Origin: Camelus dromedarius
Taxonomy: Eukaryota
Length of the DNA stretch: 64,000 bases
Direction of reading: 5' to 3'
NCBI RefSeq assembly: GCF_036321535.1
Contig: NC_087436.1
Location: 48,362,001-48,426,000 of the forward strand
The position numbers were made by a program, and so were the translations under genes. Shown here one piece after another: positions 26,801 to 41,199 of the stretch. Within the stretch, counting starts at the first letter, position 1, and the number at the start of each line of letters is the position of its first letter. A model generated the notes under the pieces. It had not been told where the DNA came from, did not search any database, and was given only the letters and a program-made list of their open reading frames with translations.

Positions 26801-27176
26801 ATTTATTGTCTCTCCTACACTCAGTGAGCATCTACGGCTCTGAACTCCAAAGGATTAACTCATCCTTCTATTAATCTATCCATGGTTTCCCAAAATATGC
26901 TATACTTTGCATAAATTGTTAAGGATGCTATGCATTTTCATTCACTCCACCAAAGCACAGATTTACTGACTTACTACAGTACAATTATACAATTTTTCAC
27001 TACTGCTAATTAAAAATTTTCCTTTAGAGACATTGGTCAAATAAAGGAATTCAGAATCCAAGGGGAAAATTGGTGATTTAATACCAATCTGCCTTTCAAA
27101 ATTCCAAAAAGCATCAAAGTAGCAGCCTATAAATATTTTCAAAGTTTTAGGTTTCAATCCTAATAATCCCAAATTT

Positions 27177-27310
27177 TGTGTGTGTGTGTGTGTGTGTATT
27201 ATATATTTATATATAATATACATTATATATATTATATATTATATTATATAACATATATTATATATATTATAAATATAAATATATGTAAATATATAAATAT
27301 TTATAAATAC
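27177..27310. repeat. (TG)n plus AT-rich (TA)n tract
   Basis: Direct reading. Confidence 0.9.
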
Positions 27311-28419
27311 CATCCCAAATGGCAGGAATAATTAATGTTATTTAACTTATTGGCTTAAGTCAAAAACTATTACATTCAGAATTTCATGCATTACTCTCAA
27401 AGATAGAACTTTGGATACAAACTTTAATTAGAAGTTCTTCTAGACATGTCTCGCTTTATTTTCTAAACATAGAGTTTGGCCTAATTGAAATTTTATAAAA
27501 TACAATTAGTAGTGCACATTGATTTTTTATTTATATGTTCAGTTCATTGATTTATTCATTTTCTGTAAATAAGAGATCTATAACTCTTGTTTCAAAAGCT
27601 ATCCAAAATTCTACTACAATAGGAGATCCAAGATAATATAAACATTATTATTCTGATGCTTCAATCATTGATAAGATGGCCTATTTCAAATTATTTGATG
27701 ATTTTAAGTATTTCTACTAACTTCAGTATCCTTTTGGCAAACCATACATAAAAGTAAAGCCACTCATTAAATGCTCTTACAGCAAAATGAGGATTTTTTT
27801 TTCAAAAATACTTTATAGTCACACTTGGATATTTTAGTTCTAACATGAAAAAGTATTTTTCTAACAAAAGAATTTCTTAAAAAAAATTTAAGCCAACAGT
27901 ACTTATATATACTTTAGTTTACAAAGGGTTAACTTGTTCTGTATTTAGTACTTATAAAGAATATAAGCCATGTCATTTTCTGAAAGATACTGATTAGGAA
28001 GTTAAGATTATATTTAATTGAAGAGGAGATTCCAAAATCAGTCAATTCCTCAATAATTTAGATGCATGCTGCATATAGTTTTCCAGATACATATATAAAT
28101 CAAAATATTTACTCCTATACCAAAAATCAGATGCATTACCTTTACATGACAAAAATATTGTGATTTACAGACAATGTGGTTCTAACACTGAATGTGGAGA
28201 ATGCTGTCTTTTTTATTATATTCAATCTTATTCAATTCCCACCTTTCCTAAGATCTTTCCCCTGAAAAGGAATACTACAGAATAATATGAGAAGGTCAAG
28301 ATAAACAGAGCCAGAAATGAGATCTACGTGTTTGATTCAATAGCCTGCTTGGGATAATAACATAGAATCTCTCCATCTTTCATTTTGCTCTGCTTATCCT
28401 TTCAGCACAAAAATGTCTT

Positions 28420-29060
28420 AATGTAACTGTTCAAAAACTGTCAATGACCGAGAAAAAGCCAAGCTCCTTACCATGGTCAATAAGATACATCATATCCTGG
28501 CTCCTACCTACCACTCCCGTTGTTTTCACTCCTCTGCTAACAAATGTAATTTGAGTTTCAGTCTCCCAGAGGTTCCCTAATTCTATTCTCCTTTATACAT
28601 GTGACCTTGATCAAGCTTTGCTTCAACCTGGAAAGTCCTTATTTCCTTCTCACCAAGTGAATTCCTATGTTTAAAATGCCCACTGAACCCCAAAGCTTTC
28701 TCTAACACTACTTATTTTCTTCACAGGTAGAATTAGTTGCTCTGTGATTCTCACAGCTCTTCGTCAATACTTCTATTACATTGTATCATTTCAAATATGT
28801 GTAGAATACCATATACTTTTCAATAATATTTCTATTATATCATTACCTTTTTTCTCTATGTTTATGAGCCCCTTAACAAAGGAAATATACAGTTGTTATT
28901 TTCTATTTTCCCATAGGTCCATTGTTTCTGATTCCTTTTTTTTAAAGCAAATGTTGTTTCCTAATTTCCCAACTTCTTTCAAATATATTCTTTATTAATG
29001 CATAGTGCCTGGCACAATGCCTAGTACTTGGAGCACTCATTAAATGTTTGCTAACTAAAT
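28420..29060 (+). mobile_element. L2 fragments
   Basis: aagccaagctccttaccatgg...catagtgcctggcaca...cactcattaaatgtttg. Confidence 0.6.
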
Positions 29061-29714
29061 TTTTAATTTCCTACTTAGGGCTTGATGTGGCTAAAGGTGC
29101 TCCCTGTTCATGGCCTATGCTTTACATAAAGTGAATTTTGCTAATATATGTTGAACTCCAATGGAATAGCTAGATTAAGGCAAGAAAGCAGCACACAATG
29201 CATCTATAAATCAGAAAAATTTTTATGTCTTATTTTCCCCATTAGGGAGAACCATCCAACCCAGTACTAGTTTGCAGCATAAGTAAACCTTGGAGTTAGT
29301 TAGGTTAGGTCCAAGTCAGCTTTGAGGTATAAAAAATATTTAATTATAATTGAAAAATAACAATCTTATTGGTATTGCTTTTTGTGAGAAAAATATGTGA
29401 TGAATTATATTTGCTATGGGAAGTTTAAAAATATAAAAGGAATTTTCTTAGCTGTTACATCCAGGCTGATCTTACTAAAATACTGCTTTGATTTCCTTCT
29501 ATCAAAAGTCTGAAGAGCTCAAAAAATAACAAAGACTTGTAAAAATACACGGAAACTATCAAGAGTCAAAGCTGGAACAATTTGAGCAAGTAGGTAAATG
29601 ATTGTATTAGTTTATCATGCATACTAATATGAATAAAGAAATACATAAAAGGGCAAAAGAAATAGCTATTCCTTAGGAAAATATCATTATTAAGTAAGTA
29701 CCACATTAATGATT

Positions 29715-30793
29715 GTTGCAGGAAGCCAGCTATGTAGAGACCTGGCCCACCAGCAGGCTGGCAACAGTGTTGCATACCCCAGGCTATGCCTCACGGGAAT
29801 CTAGTTCTGTGCACCAACAGCAGGCAATAGCCCCATGCCCACCTGGGCTGCACAGGAAACCTGCCCCACCCTCCAGTGGGCCCACAGCCACCACCCAAGA
29901 CAGGACCTTGTGGTGGCAACCAGGCCAGAAGCCAGTCACACATACAGCATGCCTACAGTAACTGATCCAGCCACAGTAAAAGGGGGTATGCAGCCTACAT
30001 AGAGGGTCCCCTAGAGCACATAGCTGCAGTGACAACAGGGGAGCATGCTGCTGAACCCTATATTACGTCTCCTACATAAGGCTACTTCTCCAAGATTGGG
30101 AAACATAGCTGACCTACCTAATACATGGAAATAAACACAGAGAATTAGAAAAAGTAAGGAGACAGAGGAATACATGAGAAACAAAGGAACAAGACAAAAC
30201 CTTAGAAAATGAATTAAACAGAGAGGAGATAGACAATCTACCTGATAAGGGTTCAAGGTAATGATCATACAGATGCTCACTGAACTTGGGAGAGGAATGG
30301 ATAAACACAGTGAGAATCTCTACCCCAAGTCAGAAAGTATAAAGAAGAATACAATAATTGAAATAAAAATTACACAGGAAGAAATCAACAGCAGATTAGA
30401 TGAGACAGAGGAATGAATCAGTGATCTGGAAGAAAAAGTGGTGGAAATTACCCAAACTGAACAGAAAAAAAAAAGAATTAAAAGAAATAAGGATAGTTTA
30501 AGAGACTTCAGATACAGCATTAAGCATACTAATACTTGCATTATAGAAGTCTCAGGAGAAGAAGAGAGAGAAAGGGGCAAAGAACTTATTTGAAGAAATA
30601 AAAGCTAAAATTTTTTTCTAACCTGGGGAAGAAACAGACATCAAGAACCAGGAAGCACAGAACATCCAAAATAAAATGAACTTAAAGAGGTCTACACCAA
30701 GACACATTACAATTAAAAATTTCAAAAATTAAAGACAAAGAGAGACTCCTAAAAGCAGCAAGAGAAAAACAAGTAGTTACATACCAGGGAACT
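29715..30793 (+). mobile_element. L1 5' UTR end plus ORF1 remnant
   Basis: GC-rich leader, then gaaatcaacagcagattagatgagacagaggaatgaatcagtgatctggaaga...caccaagacacatt...aaaagcagcaagagaaaa. Confidence 0.85.
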
Positions 30794-30799
30794 TGTAAG

Positions 30800-31460
30800 T
30801 ATGTCTCTGTTAGAAAGTATCTTTCTAGAGGAAAAAAAAAAATAGTTCACATTTGAGAAAACAGGCAGACATTGTCTTTAGAAAGTAATCAAGATTAGTA
30901 TCAACCAATTAGAAGATATATCAACATCAGATACCTACTGATAAGATGCACTGAGAAGGACATATCACTTTCGTGGTATTGCGAAAAACAAACAATCTCA
31001 ATATAATTCTAGAAAATATCAGGCAAACCTAAACTGAAAAACATTCTACAAAATAACTAATCTCAACTATTCTTTTAAAGTATCAAGGTCACAAAAAGAC
31101 AAAGACAGACTAATGAACTTCCATAATTTGAAGGTGACTAAGTAAATATTACAATTAAATGCAGTATGGGAGCCTGGACTGGATTCTGGACCAGAAAAAA
31201 TGATGTTATTGGGACAACTGATAAAATTCAAATCAGCTCTCTCTCTCCATATAGATATATGTGTGTGTATACACACACACACACACACACACACATTAGT
31301 ATTATATCAATGTTCATTTCCTCATTTTCATAAACGTGCTATGGTCATTTATATAAAATGTTAACATCAGGAAAAACTGAGTGAAGGGTATATGGGGAAT
31401 TCTCTGTACTATTTTTGTAACTTTTCTGTAAGTCTTAAAATTCTTTCAAAATTTAAAAAT
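30800..31460 (+). mobile_element. L1MC-type 3' UTR remnant (a related piece probably lies at about 29530-29710)
   Basis: gatgcactgagaaggacatatcactt...acattctacaaaataact...ctctgtactatttttgtaacttttctgtaagtct. Confidence 0.8.
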
Positions 31461-31539
31461 TTAAATACAGTTTTTAAGTGAAAACTTCTTTTTAGTTTCT
31501 TGTTTAGAGTCTGATTTTACGAAGTTCTCTCTGGTCATC

Positions 31540-31800
31540 CTAGCCAAAAGTGAGTTGAAAGTCTAGAGTCAGACTGCTTTATTTTGAATCCCCAAACTCA
31601 CAATATCCTACCCTACGTAACCTCGGACAAGTTACTTTATCTTTCTGCACTTTAATTTTCTCACATGTAAAATGGGAGTAGTAATAGCTCCTGTCTCATA
31701 GAATTGCTTTAAGAATTTAATAATTTCATATGGATAAGTCCTTAAAAGGTGTCTGCCAAAGAGTATGCACTATAGAAGTGTTAGTTGCTACTATTATCAT
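31540..31800 (+). mobile_element. MIR
   Basis: tctagagtcagactg...aacctcggacaagttact...tgtaaaatgggagtagtaatag. Confidence 0.8.
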
Positions 31801-32964
31801 GACTCAACCTACACTACCCTCTTTATACATTTCTTCTCACTTCAATTCTTAGAATATAAATCCAATCTTGTATACAGATAATAAACAATGACAATGGTTG
31901 TAGGACTGTTTTAATGGCAGTCCCCCACTTTTTTTATATATAATTCACACCTGTAAATATCAGATGTTAAAGATGAGAATGTTGAATACTGAGTTGCATG
32001 TTTTGTAGGATTAGTTTATCAATGTATATGTCCAAATCCAAATTAATTTTAGAATGATGTTTTGGGAATATCAATGAATAAGTCAGAAAAGTGTAGGTTT
32101 TTCGAAAGTTTAGTATGGGAAAGAAAGGCTCACCTATACTCAATTTTATCTGGCACTCACACTCACACACAACTCCTTGCACAATACCTATCAGATAATA
32201 AGCATAAAAACCACTTTGTTAAATCTAAGGATGAATGAATAAATAAATTAGTATTAAGCAATGCCTTATCATTAATAAATGTGGGTACAACCATGACTTA
32301 TGCCCTTGCTTGAAATATTACTAGACTAGGGTTTAAATTATTATTGTACTTTTTTATTTTAGAAATGCCTCATGTTTTATTTAATTCTGTTACATCATAA
32401 GAAACAAGCTGTGTCTTCTAGTTCAAAGGAAATGTTTGAGTTTATGATTCCAGTCTATATGGGAAAGGGTAAATAAGATTTCATACACAAAAATAATTAC
32501 ATTCTGTGAAATAAAGTATGTTCCAAAACAAAACAAAACAAAATGTGCCTGATTTGGCTACAAGACCTACTGATCACTGTTTATTATTTAATCATTTAAA
32601 TAAATTGAAGGGAGAGTTTTCTTCATAATCACCCCTCTTTATAACACACACCTACGCATTAGTTCATAGTACACATCTTCACATTTATTTTCAATTTTAC
32701 TTCAGTTAGTTTTTAACTTTTATTTAATTAAATATTGATAACAATGTTACTTAAACAGTTCTGCCTTTATCATCATATTTGGGAAAAATAACTTACAATA
32801 TTTAATCCCTGAAAAGTCTTTGAAAGATATATCTCTATGTGTGCGAAGCATGAAAAGAAATTGTCTATTGAAATACATAATGTACTGATTTTTATGAGAA
32901 ATATGATTTGAACCAATTAGCTAAGGGTATATTATATACATTTTTTAATATAAAAGACTTTTCC

Positions 32965-35450
32965 AGGAGCAATCTGAAAAGATGATGGAGTAGAATGCAT
33001 CAGGAATCTGAATTCCCATCTAGACAACTGCACTGGCAGAATCTGCCTGATATAACTCTTGGAATTCTGGAGTCTGTTGAAGCCTTTCAACTTCCAAGTG
33101 AAGGCTTAGACAATAAATTGTGCTTAATTTCTGTCACTGTCAGCTCTTAACTCAGTGGTGGCTACCCATCCCTCACCTCTAATTTATTGAAGGCAGCTGT
33201 GCATGTGTTCTTAGAGCCGTTTATACACATGCAGCTTGTAAGAGCCAGTGTGGGCAATAAGAACCCTGTCTTCCAAATATTGGGATCTACACTGTGGTCA
33301 TTGATTGCTGCTTCTGATCACAGAGGTGCAGACGTAGAGGCAGGCAGCCATCAATGCACCACCACCATTCATTTGTTACAGACTTTTGCCACACTGGCTA
33401 AAGTGACTTCCAAAGAATTTAAAGGGCTGGTGCCACTTCCACCTTCCCCTTCATTTTTGCTTTTTCCCCCTTTGGGAGCCACGTATAAAAGATTAGGGCA
33501 TTCAAAAGCAACTGAACATACAAGAGAAATTAGAAAGTCACCATGCATGCCCAGGGAAATGTCCATCTGGTTTCTGACAACAACTTGATAGCAGACCTAC
33601 CAAAGACTTTGAAATGACTGTTTTAAAAATGCTCAAAGAACTAAAGAAAGACATAGAGAAAGTCAAGGAAACACTATGAACGAAATGGAAAAATAATGAA
33701 GAGCTAGAGGACCTAAAAAGAATTTCTAGAACAAAGAAGTACAACAATTGAAATAAAAATTCGCTAGGGATTCAAAGGCAGATTTGCGCAGGCAGAGGAA
33801 AGAATCAGCAAACTTGGAGACTGGACAATTGAAACGATCAAGTCCAAAGAAATAAAAGAAAAAAAAAACTGAAGAAAAGGGAAGAGCCTAAGGTATCTGT
33901 GGGACACCACCAATCAACATATGCATCATAGAAGAATCAGAAAGAAGAGACAGAAAGGGGCAGAAAGATTATTTGAGAAAATAAAGGCTCAAAACTTATC
34001 AAATTTGAAAAAAAAATACCTTAACAAATTTGGTGAAAGACATGAATATAAACATGCAAATACCTCAATAAATTCCAAATAGAATGAACTCAGACAGACC
34101 CACACCAAGACATAATTAAACTGCCAAAGACAAAGACAGAAAGTGAATCTTAAAAACAGCAAGAGAGAATTGACTCATCACATGCAAGAGATCCTTAATA
34201 AGATAATTAACAGATTTCTCATCAGAAACTTTGGAGGCCAGAAGGCATTAACTTGATATATTCAAAGTGCTAAAAGAGAAAACTGTCAACCAAGAGTTCT
34301 TTTTCCACCAAAACTATTCTTCAAAAGTGAGGTGGAAAATAAGATCTTCCCCAATCAACAAAAGCTGAGGGAATTAGTTACAATTAGCCCTGTCCTGCAA
34401 GAAATCCTAAAGAGAGTTCTGCATGTCGAAACGGAAAGACACTAGAAACATTATGAACAATTAAAAATCTCAGGAAAGGTAAATATGTGGGTAATTACAA
34501 AAACTTGTATTATTGTAATAATGGTTTGTAATGCCACTTTTTGTTTTCTATGTGATTTAAGAGACTGACACATTTAAAATACAATTAGTCCAAAATCTAG
34601 TATTATTATAACTTTGGTTTGTAACTCTACATATTATTTTCTACATAATTTAAGAGAATAATGCATTAAAATCATTAGTTTATATTTTTGGACACACAAA
34701 GTACAAAGATACAATTCTGTGACATCAGTAACTGAAAGTGGTGAGGATAGAGCTACAGATGAGTACAGATTCTGTATATTGTTTAAGTTAAGCTGGTAAA
34801 AATTCAAATTAGAGTGTTGTAACCTTAGGAGGTAATCCCCAAGGTAGTCACAAAGAAAATAGTTATAGAGTATAAACAAAAGGAAATGAAAAGAGAATTA
34901 AAACATTTCAGCGCCCTAAATGAACCAAATACAAAAGAGAAAGTAAAGTGGGTCTCAAAGACATATTTTGTACACCCACGTTCACAGCAGCATTATTAAC
35001 AATAGCAACTCAAGTGTCCACTGACAGATGAATAGATAAGCAACGTGTGGTATAGAAGTATACAATTAAATAATATTCATTCTTTAAAAAGAAGGAACTT
35101 CTGACATTACTACAACATGGATGAACCTTGAGGACATTAGGCTAAGTGAAATATGCCAGTCATGAAAAGTCAAATACTGTACGATTCCACTTATATGAGG
35201 TACCTAGGGTAGTCAAAATCATAGAGACAGAAAGCAGAATGGTTGTTACAGGGTTGGGGAAAGAGGAATGGGGTGTTACTGTTTAACGTGTGTAGAATTT
35301 CAGTTTTGCAAGATGGAAAGAATTCTGGTGATGGATTGTGGTGATGGTTATACAACAATAAAAATATACTTAATGTCACTGAACAGTACACTTAAAAATG
35401 GTTAAGATAGTATATTTCATGTGTGTTCAACTATAATAAAAATTAAAGAA
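32965..35450 (+). mobile_element. L1 (L1M/L1MB-like) with 5' UTR, ORF1, inter-ORF and 3' end, but nearly all of ORF2 missing (about 2.5 kb)
   Basis: 5' aagatgatggagtag; ORF1 remnant ~33590-34445; junction near 34948; 3' UTR ending aataaaaattaaag; TSD aaaagacttttcc (32952-32964) / aaaagatttttcc (35451-35463). Confidence 0.88.
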
Positions 35451-36624
35451 AAAAGATTTTTCCTCAAGGATTTTGAACAGCAACAATTTTTTCAAAAGTC
35501 TTTCTATATGATTAATTAGCCTCTGAATTTAAGCAGGAATAAAACTCAAACCACAATAAAGACTGTATTATGTTAGTTTTCATATGAGGGTGCGGTAAAA
35601 GGGGATCTAAAGAATCATTTAAAATAACTTCACATTAGATTATATTTGAGGTTAAAAGCTAAATTTTTATAGTATGCAAAATACAAATTAGCAAACTCAT
35701 TATTTTTACTTCCTTTACAGAAAATGGGGAACTAAAAACATGTAAGCACATGTAAGTGATTGTGTGTGTGTGTGTTGCTTGAACTTTGGAAGCACAGTTT
35801 GTTTCAAATCTGAGCCCAATCAGGAAAAAGAAAAATGAGAACATCCTATGAACCACAGCAAAGACTCCAACAAACACAAACAAACAAACAAACAAAATAT
35901 AAATATATATATATATTTAACTCTCATATTTTTCCAACTGGTTTCATTTCGCTTTACAAAAGAGAAAACTGAAAGTGAGAACACACACAGAAAATTGTTT
36001 TTATATTTCTTCAGCCTTTAAATATTCACTTCACTCAACTAAGTGATTTCTATCAGAGACTCAAAATCATTTGTGAAGCAAAACTTTCATGGGGACAGTG
36101 ATTAAAATATAGAAAGGAGAGAGTGTTTCTCAGATTTTCTTATGTGTATTTTCCATTCCATTTCCATGCAAGTGATTTTACAGAAAATGATCACCACTTA
36201 GAGCAAATGGTTTTCTTTGGAGCGAGAAAATTAATGAGTATACAGAAATTTACCATATTCTCTCTGAGAAATTTTATCCCTGTGGGTTATGAAATTTTTG
36301 GTTTTGGCTTCTTGAATTTCTAACTAGAAGTTTCTTCCTGTAAACTGTGTAAGTTTATCAGAACGGCATAAAGTTACTTATTGTATGCTCTCTGGAGAAA
36401 AGAAGGAATGATCTTTCCCAGTGAAGACAAGAGTGATAATGAAATTCAAATGTGAAGTAATCAAACTCATGGCAGTGCATTTTCTAGGGAAACATTTTGT
36501 TATTTAAGTTAAAACATTATCTAATGAACTGTCAAGGCCATGCTGTAGCACGTAACAGAATTTAGTCTTGGATACACTTTGGGTAATAAAATATCTGAGT
36601 TTTTCACTCTTTCACCTCTTAATC

Positions 36625-36995
36625 ATTTTATTCATTCATTCAAAGACTATGGAATGCCTAGTATCTTGCCAAGTGCTAATTTCTCCCACCTTCAAGAAGC
36701 TCAGGATCTGAGACAGAGCTGGACAGGAAAACCAACAGTAGTAGCACAAAGTAGTAAGTGCTTTGAGGAGTCTATGCCCAGAGTTTGACAGGAGCACACA
36801 GGAGAGGAATTTAACATGGCTTGGAATAAGGGCAAAAAGGTGCAAGAAAACTATTCTCAGTAGAGATTACTCGAAGGATAAGTGGTTTTATCAGGCAGAG
36901 AAGAGAACAGAAGGCTTTTAGGCTGTAAGAAGAGGCATGGACAGATTTGAGAGATATTAAAAAGTGAAATAGCACCTGTTAACCAGATGTGGGAG
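36625..36995 (-). mobile_element. L2 remnant
   Basis: attcattcattcaaagact...tgccaagtg...ccttcaagaagctca. Confidence 0.55.
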
Positions 36996-37226
36996 ATGAG
37001 GGGAAAGAAGACTAGACAAAGAGAAAAAAAAATCAATCTCATTTTCCACATGTGTGTAACTTTATTAGCACTTACTATCCACCAGGACAAATTAGGCAGG
37101 CCCCAAGGAGAACACAAATATGAAAAATACATGATCATTGTCCTTAAAACTTCAAATTTAGTTAGTGTGGGGGCCACGGGGAGGGAATGCAAGAAGACTT
37201 TCTAAAAGTAAGTATAATTGCCATAT

Positions 37227-37966
37227 TGTGATTTATAATAAGAAATATACATTTGGTCTTTGTCCTGTTTCTGGTGCAGAGCTCACAAAACTCTTGGAAT
37301 TTCCTAAGTAACAAGAGAGATAAGAGTAATCTTTGTTATGTTAACGAGGCGAATTGTGGACCCCACCTAAAGATGAGGGATGGTTGCCACTGGAATCAAC
37401 CAAGTGATTAGAGAGTTGGAACATTCAGTCCCATCCCCTGACCTGCAGGAAGGAGACAGACACTAGAGGAAGAATCACTCACCAATGACCGATGACTTAA
37501 TCAATCATGACTATGTAGTGAAGCCTCCATAAAAATCTAAAAGGACAGGTTTCTGAGATTCCAGGTTGGTGAACATGTGGAGATTTGAGGAGAATGGCAT
37601 GCTTGGAGAGGCCATAAAAGTTCAATGCCCTTTTCCCATGTCTCACCCTATGCACTTCTTCCATCTGGCTGTTCCTGAGTTATATCCTTTCGTAATAAAC
37701 TGAGGATCTAGTAAGTAGAATATTTCTCTAAGTTTTGCGAGCTGTTCTAGCAAATTAATCAAATCCAAAAAGGAAGTAGTATGGAACCTCAGATCTATAC
37801 CAGCTGGTCAGAAGCCCAAGATTAGTGTCTAAAGAGAGGGAGCAGTCTTGTAGGACTGAGCCCTTAATCTATCAGATCTGACACTATTTCCAAGTAGACA
37901 GTGTCAGAATTGAGTTAAATTGTAGGATACCCAGCTGGTGCCAGAGACTTGCTTGGTGCTGTGGGG
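37227..37966 (+). mobile_element. MER21-family ERV LTR
   Basis: tgtgatttataataagaaatatacatttggtctttgtcc...cagagctcacaaaactcttggaatttcct...gtgtcagaattgagttaaattgtaggatacccagctggtg. Confidence 0.85.
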
Positions 37967-40479
37967 CCCCTCCTCAGCCCAACAATGGCATTAGGTCTCA
38001 GAATCCTTTAGCAATGACATGTGGCATGAAAGAATTTTTAAAGTTAACAGTTATTATACAAAGGAAGATGGGACCAATTCTATCTGAGCATAAAGTAAAG
38101 ACTAATAAAAGTTCTTGATTTAAGGTTCCATAACCCTTCCTTCTCACAGCTAATCTAAAGAGATCACAGCATTCTTCCCTGCAAAACCCAGATTCGTTTA
38201 TCAGACAATACTCCAAGCACCCACAGACAACCAGTTACACTAACCAACTTAAAAATCTTTAAAGCAAAGGAAGAGAAAGTAATGTGGGAGTTAAAGGTCA
38301 CAAAACAAATGGTGAGAATCCCTGAGATAATGACTGAAACTGGTTCTCTCTCCTACCTGGGGTAAGGAGTAGAGGGGCTGGGAAGACTCTCAAATGGAAG
38401 AGCTGACTACCTTGGCCCCTGCTGGACCCTGTACAATCTGTCCTTTAGAAGAGAGCTGGTAAGGGCTCCATGGCCCACATACATCTTTGATTCTATAGCA
38501 AAGACCAAATATAGCGGGGAGAAAAGAGAAAGGGAGAGAGTGATTTTGCAAACCAGAGAACAGGGCCACAGGAAAAGGTTTATGCTGCCTAAGTGCGATA
38601 AAGGAGAAAGTAAATTACAGAGTTTTTAACGGCAGCAGGAGCCACTGAGACCTTAGGGGGAGGAAGCCAGGCTTCCTTGTTCCTCAGTATAAAACAATCA
38701 GTATAGCACAGGAAAAAGAATGGAATGCTCATCAATTATATTACAAGTAGACTGACTTATTAAAAACGCAGCAATGTTTGCCAAAAGTAGATGGAAAACA
38801 GAAATTCAAAACAAGGTGAAGTCATTTGCAAAACTCCAGCCCTGTCACTAACTCCCAGCAGCTGACAGTTCTCCTACATCAGTATGGTGCCGATGCTAAT
38901 GAGAGATGGGCAGGAAGGAGGAGACCAAATGGAGGAGGGGGAGAAAAACTCAAGAAATAGTTTATAGGCCTTTAATCCTCCATAATTTTTCAATATGGTG
39001 AAAGATATCTTCCTTTCCCCTCCTATTTAATAGGGATTGGTATCAATTTAAACTCAGTGGATTGCCAAGTGACATCCTTGCAGGACTCAGGATTCCTTCA
39101 CATACCTACTTTACATACATGCTTATTAATCTCAGACACTGAAATTTAAAAACAAGCCAAACTCTGATAATTTCTGAGCCTGAATCTGGATAATCACTCT
39201 CTTTCTATAACATCAGAATTGTAATTTTAAAGCTTGAAATAACCTTCGAAATATCTAGTCCATCTTTCTCGAGTTCCCTGTTAAGGAAAGTCCAATCCAG
39301 AAAAGTCAGCTGATTTGCCTTAGTTTACAGAGCATATTGATACGAACACCAGGGTTAGAACCAAGGACTTCTGGAATCTATTACTCTATAAAATTGAAGA
39401 AAATGAACATTTTGGCTTTGAACAATTAATTCAAGAACAAGGCTTAGAATACTAGTTATTAAGTAGTGATGTAACTAAAATAGCAGGAATGACCACGATA
39501 CACAAACATTAATCATGATGCAAGTGATTTTAGGGCACCATACAAAGTTTAAAAAAAATCCTCTTAGAACTACTGCCATAATGAAGACTTACCTTACTTA
39601 AAACAAACAATAGGGAGATGGGTAGCAAAAGCTTTCTCACCTATTTCTAGGGAAATTAGAAAAAGCTAGCATGATTAGCAGAGTTTGCAAAAGAGAGATT
39701 ATATTACTTTAATAATGGGAAATTTTCTGACAAGCACTGTCAATTTGCACATTAAGTCACTATTGAATTATCCAAATTTGAAACAGAAAGTACTGTTTTC
39801 TTCTACAGAGGGATTAAAAATTAAGACATTACAAATTATGAGAAGTTGACTGTAATCAGTCACTCTTATAGCTTCGTTTCTTCTTTTCTTCTTTATGAGT
39901 TCTTCCAATTAGGACATACAAAACATAGTTTCCAGAAAAACATGTGGGTATGTTTAGAAGCAGATGAAATGATATTTTTTTCTCAAGAGAAAGAAGTACT
40001 ATACTTTCTAAAGTTAGAGAAAATAGCTAAACGATTTTAGATACTAGAATCCTCACTGATTTTAGAGAAAAGTTGGTTTCTGAAGATAGGTAAAATTGAT
40101 AGATATAAGTAGAATGCCTAGAGGCAATGCATTTGAACTAATAAGGGGCTCTATAGGACCTAGCTTCGGGGAAGTTTTAGGAAGTCCCTTTCTCCCAGGG
40201 CACGGTGACTTCTATTTTGTGTTACCAGTCTCAGCATTACTCAATGTCTAAGCTTCTTGTGTTGGAAAATGGAAACTTCCCACTCTTGGATTTTTTTTTT
40301 GGAGAATGAATGACAACACTTTTAAAAGGAATTCTGGTGATAAGGAATTAGCCAATGGAGCAGGCTAGAGTGAAGAGGACTACTGAGTATGTATGGGATA
40401 CAACATAGCCCTCAGTCTTCTGCTCTATTTTCTTTACATTCTCACGGAGAGAATTCATCTCCTTGGAATGCAAATATAA

Positions 40480-40612
40480 TACTGTGGTTCAGACACAGGC
40501 TTTTGAGTCAGACAGAATATCAAAACTAGTTCTTTCACTTACTAGCCATGTGACTCTGGATAAGTTGCTGTTTCGCATCTCGGAACCTCAGATTTTGTGT
40601 TTATGAAATGTG
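40480..40612 (+). mobile_element. MIR 5' part (resumes at about 41815-41910)
   Basis: acacaggcttttgagtcagacaga...cacttactagccatgtgactctggataagtt. Confidence 0.75.
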
Positions 40613-40699
40613 TGAGGGAATCATGAGCAGTTTTTTTTTTTTTTTTCCCATTATCCTTGAGTTGCTGAGGCCCAAGGCTGATAATAAAGGCTCCAATTC

Positions 40700-41150
40700 C
40701 CCTTTGTCATATACTTGTTTTCTCAAATACCACTGCAGTAGGGGTGTGTACACGACCTAATTTTGACCAAAAAGATGTAAGGATAAGTCTTCCTGAGGGT
40801 CCTGGACAGGATTTTGCTTCATGCATAAGAAGACAAAGCTTTATAAAGAGAAACCTTTTGCCTTTTTTGCTCCTGACTTTCTATACATATATTTCTGTGA
40901 CCTGGGCTATGGTGAACACACTATAAGCCAACAATAATAAGTCATAAATAGAAAGAATCAACGCAGTGGGAACTGCAGAGAGAAAAGATGGAAATGGGGA
41001 TGACGTCCTTTATGACATCACTGAGCTGCTGAATCAGCCCTGGACTGCTGACATTCAGACTTCTTCATATATAAGATATTTAAATGTCTTCTATGCTTAT
41101 GCCACTGTTCAGTTTTCTGTTATCTGCATCTTTAAAAAAATAAACCACAT
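40700..41150 (+). mobile_element. Old MaLR LTR (MLT1J/K/L-like)
   Basis: ttttgaccaaaaagatgtaagg...tgacatcactgagctgctgaatcagccctgga...gccactgttcagttttctgtta. Confidence 0.7.
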
Positions 41151-41199
41151 TAGACTTTGTGAGTCAGTTATTTTACCAGTATGAGAGGCCAAAGAAAAC

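Noticed and set aside
33187..33588. 133-aa ORF
   Set aside because: Lies in a decayed L1 5' UTR and begins at a non-ATG codon.
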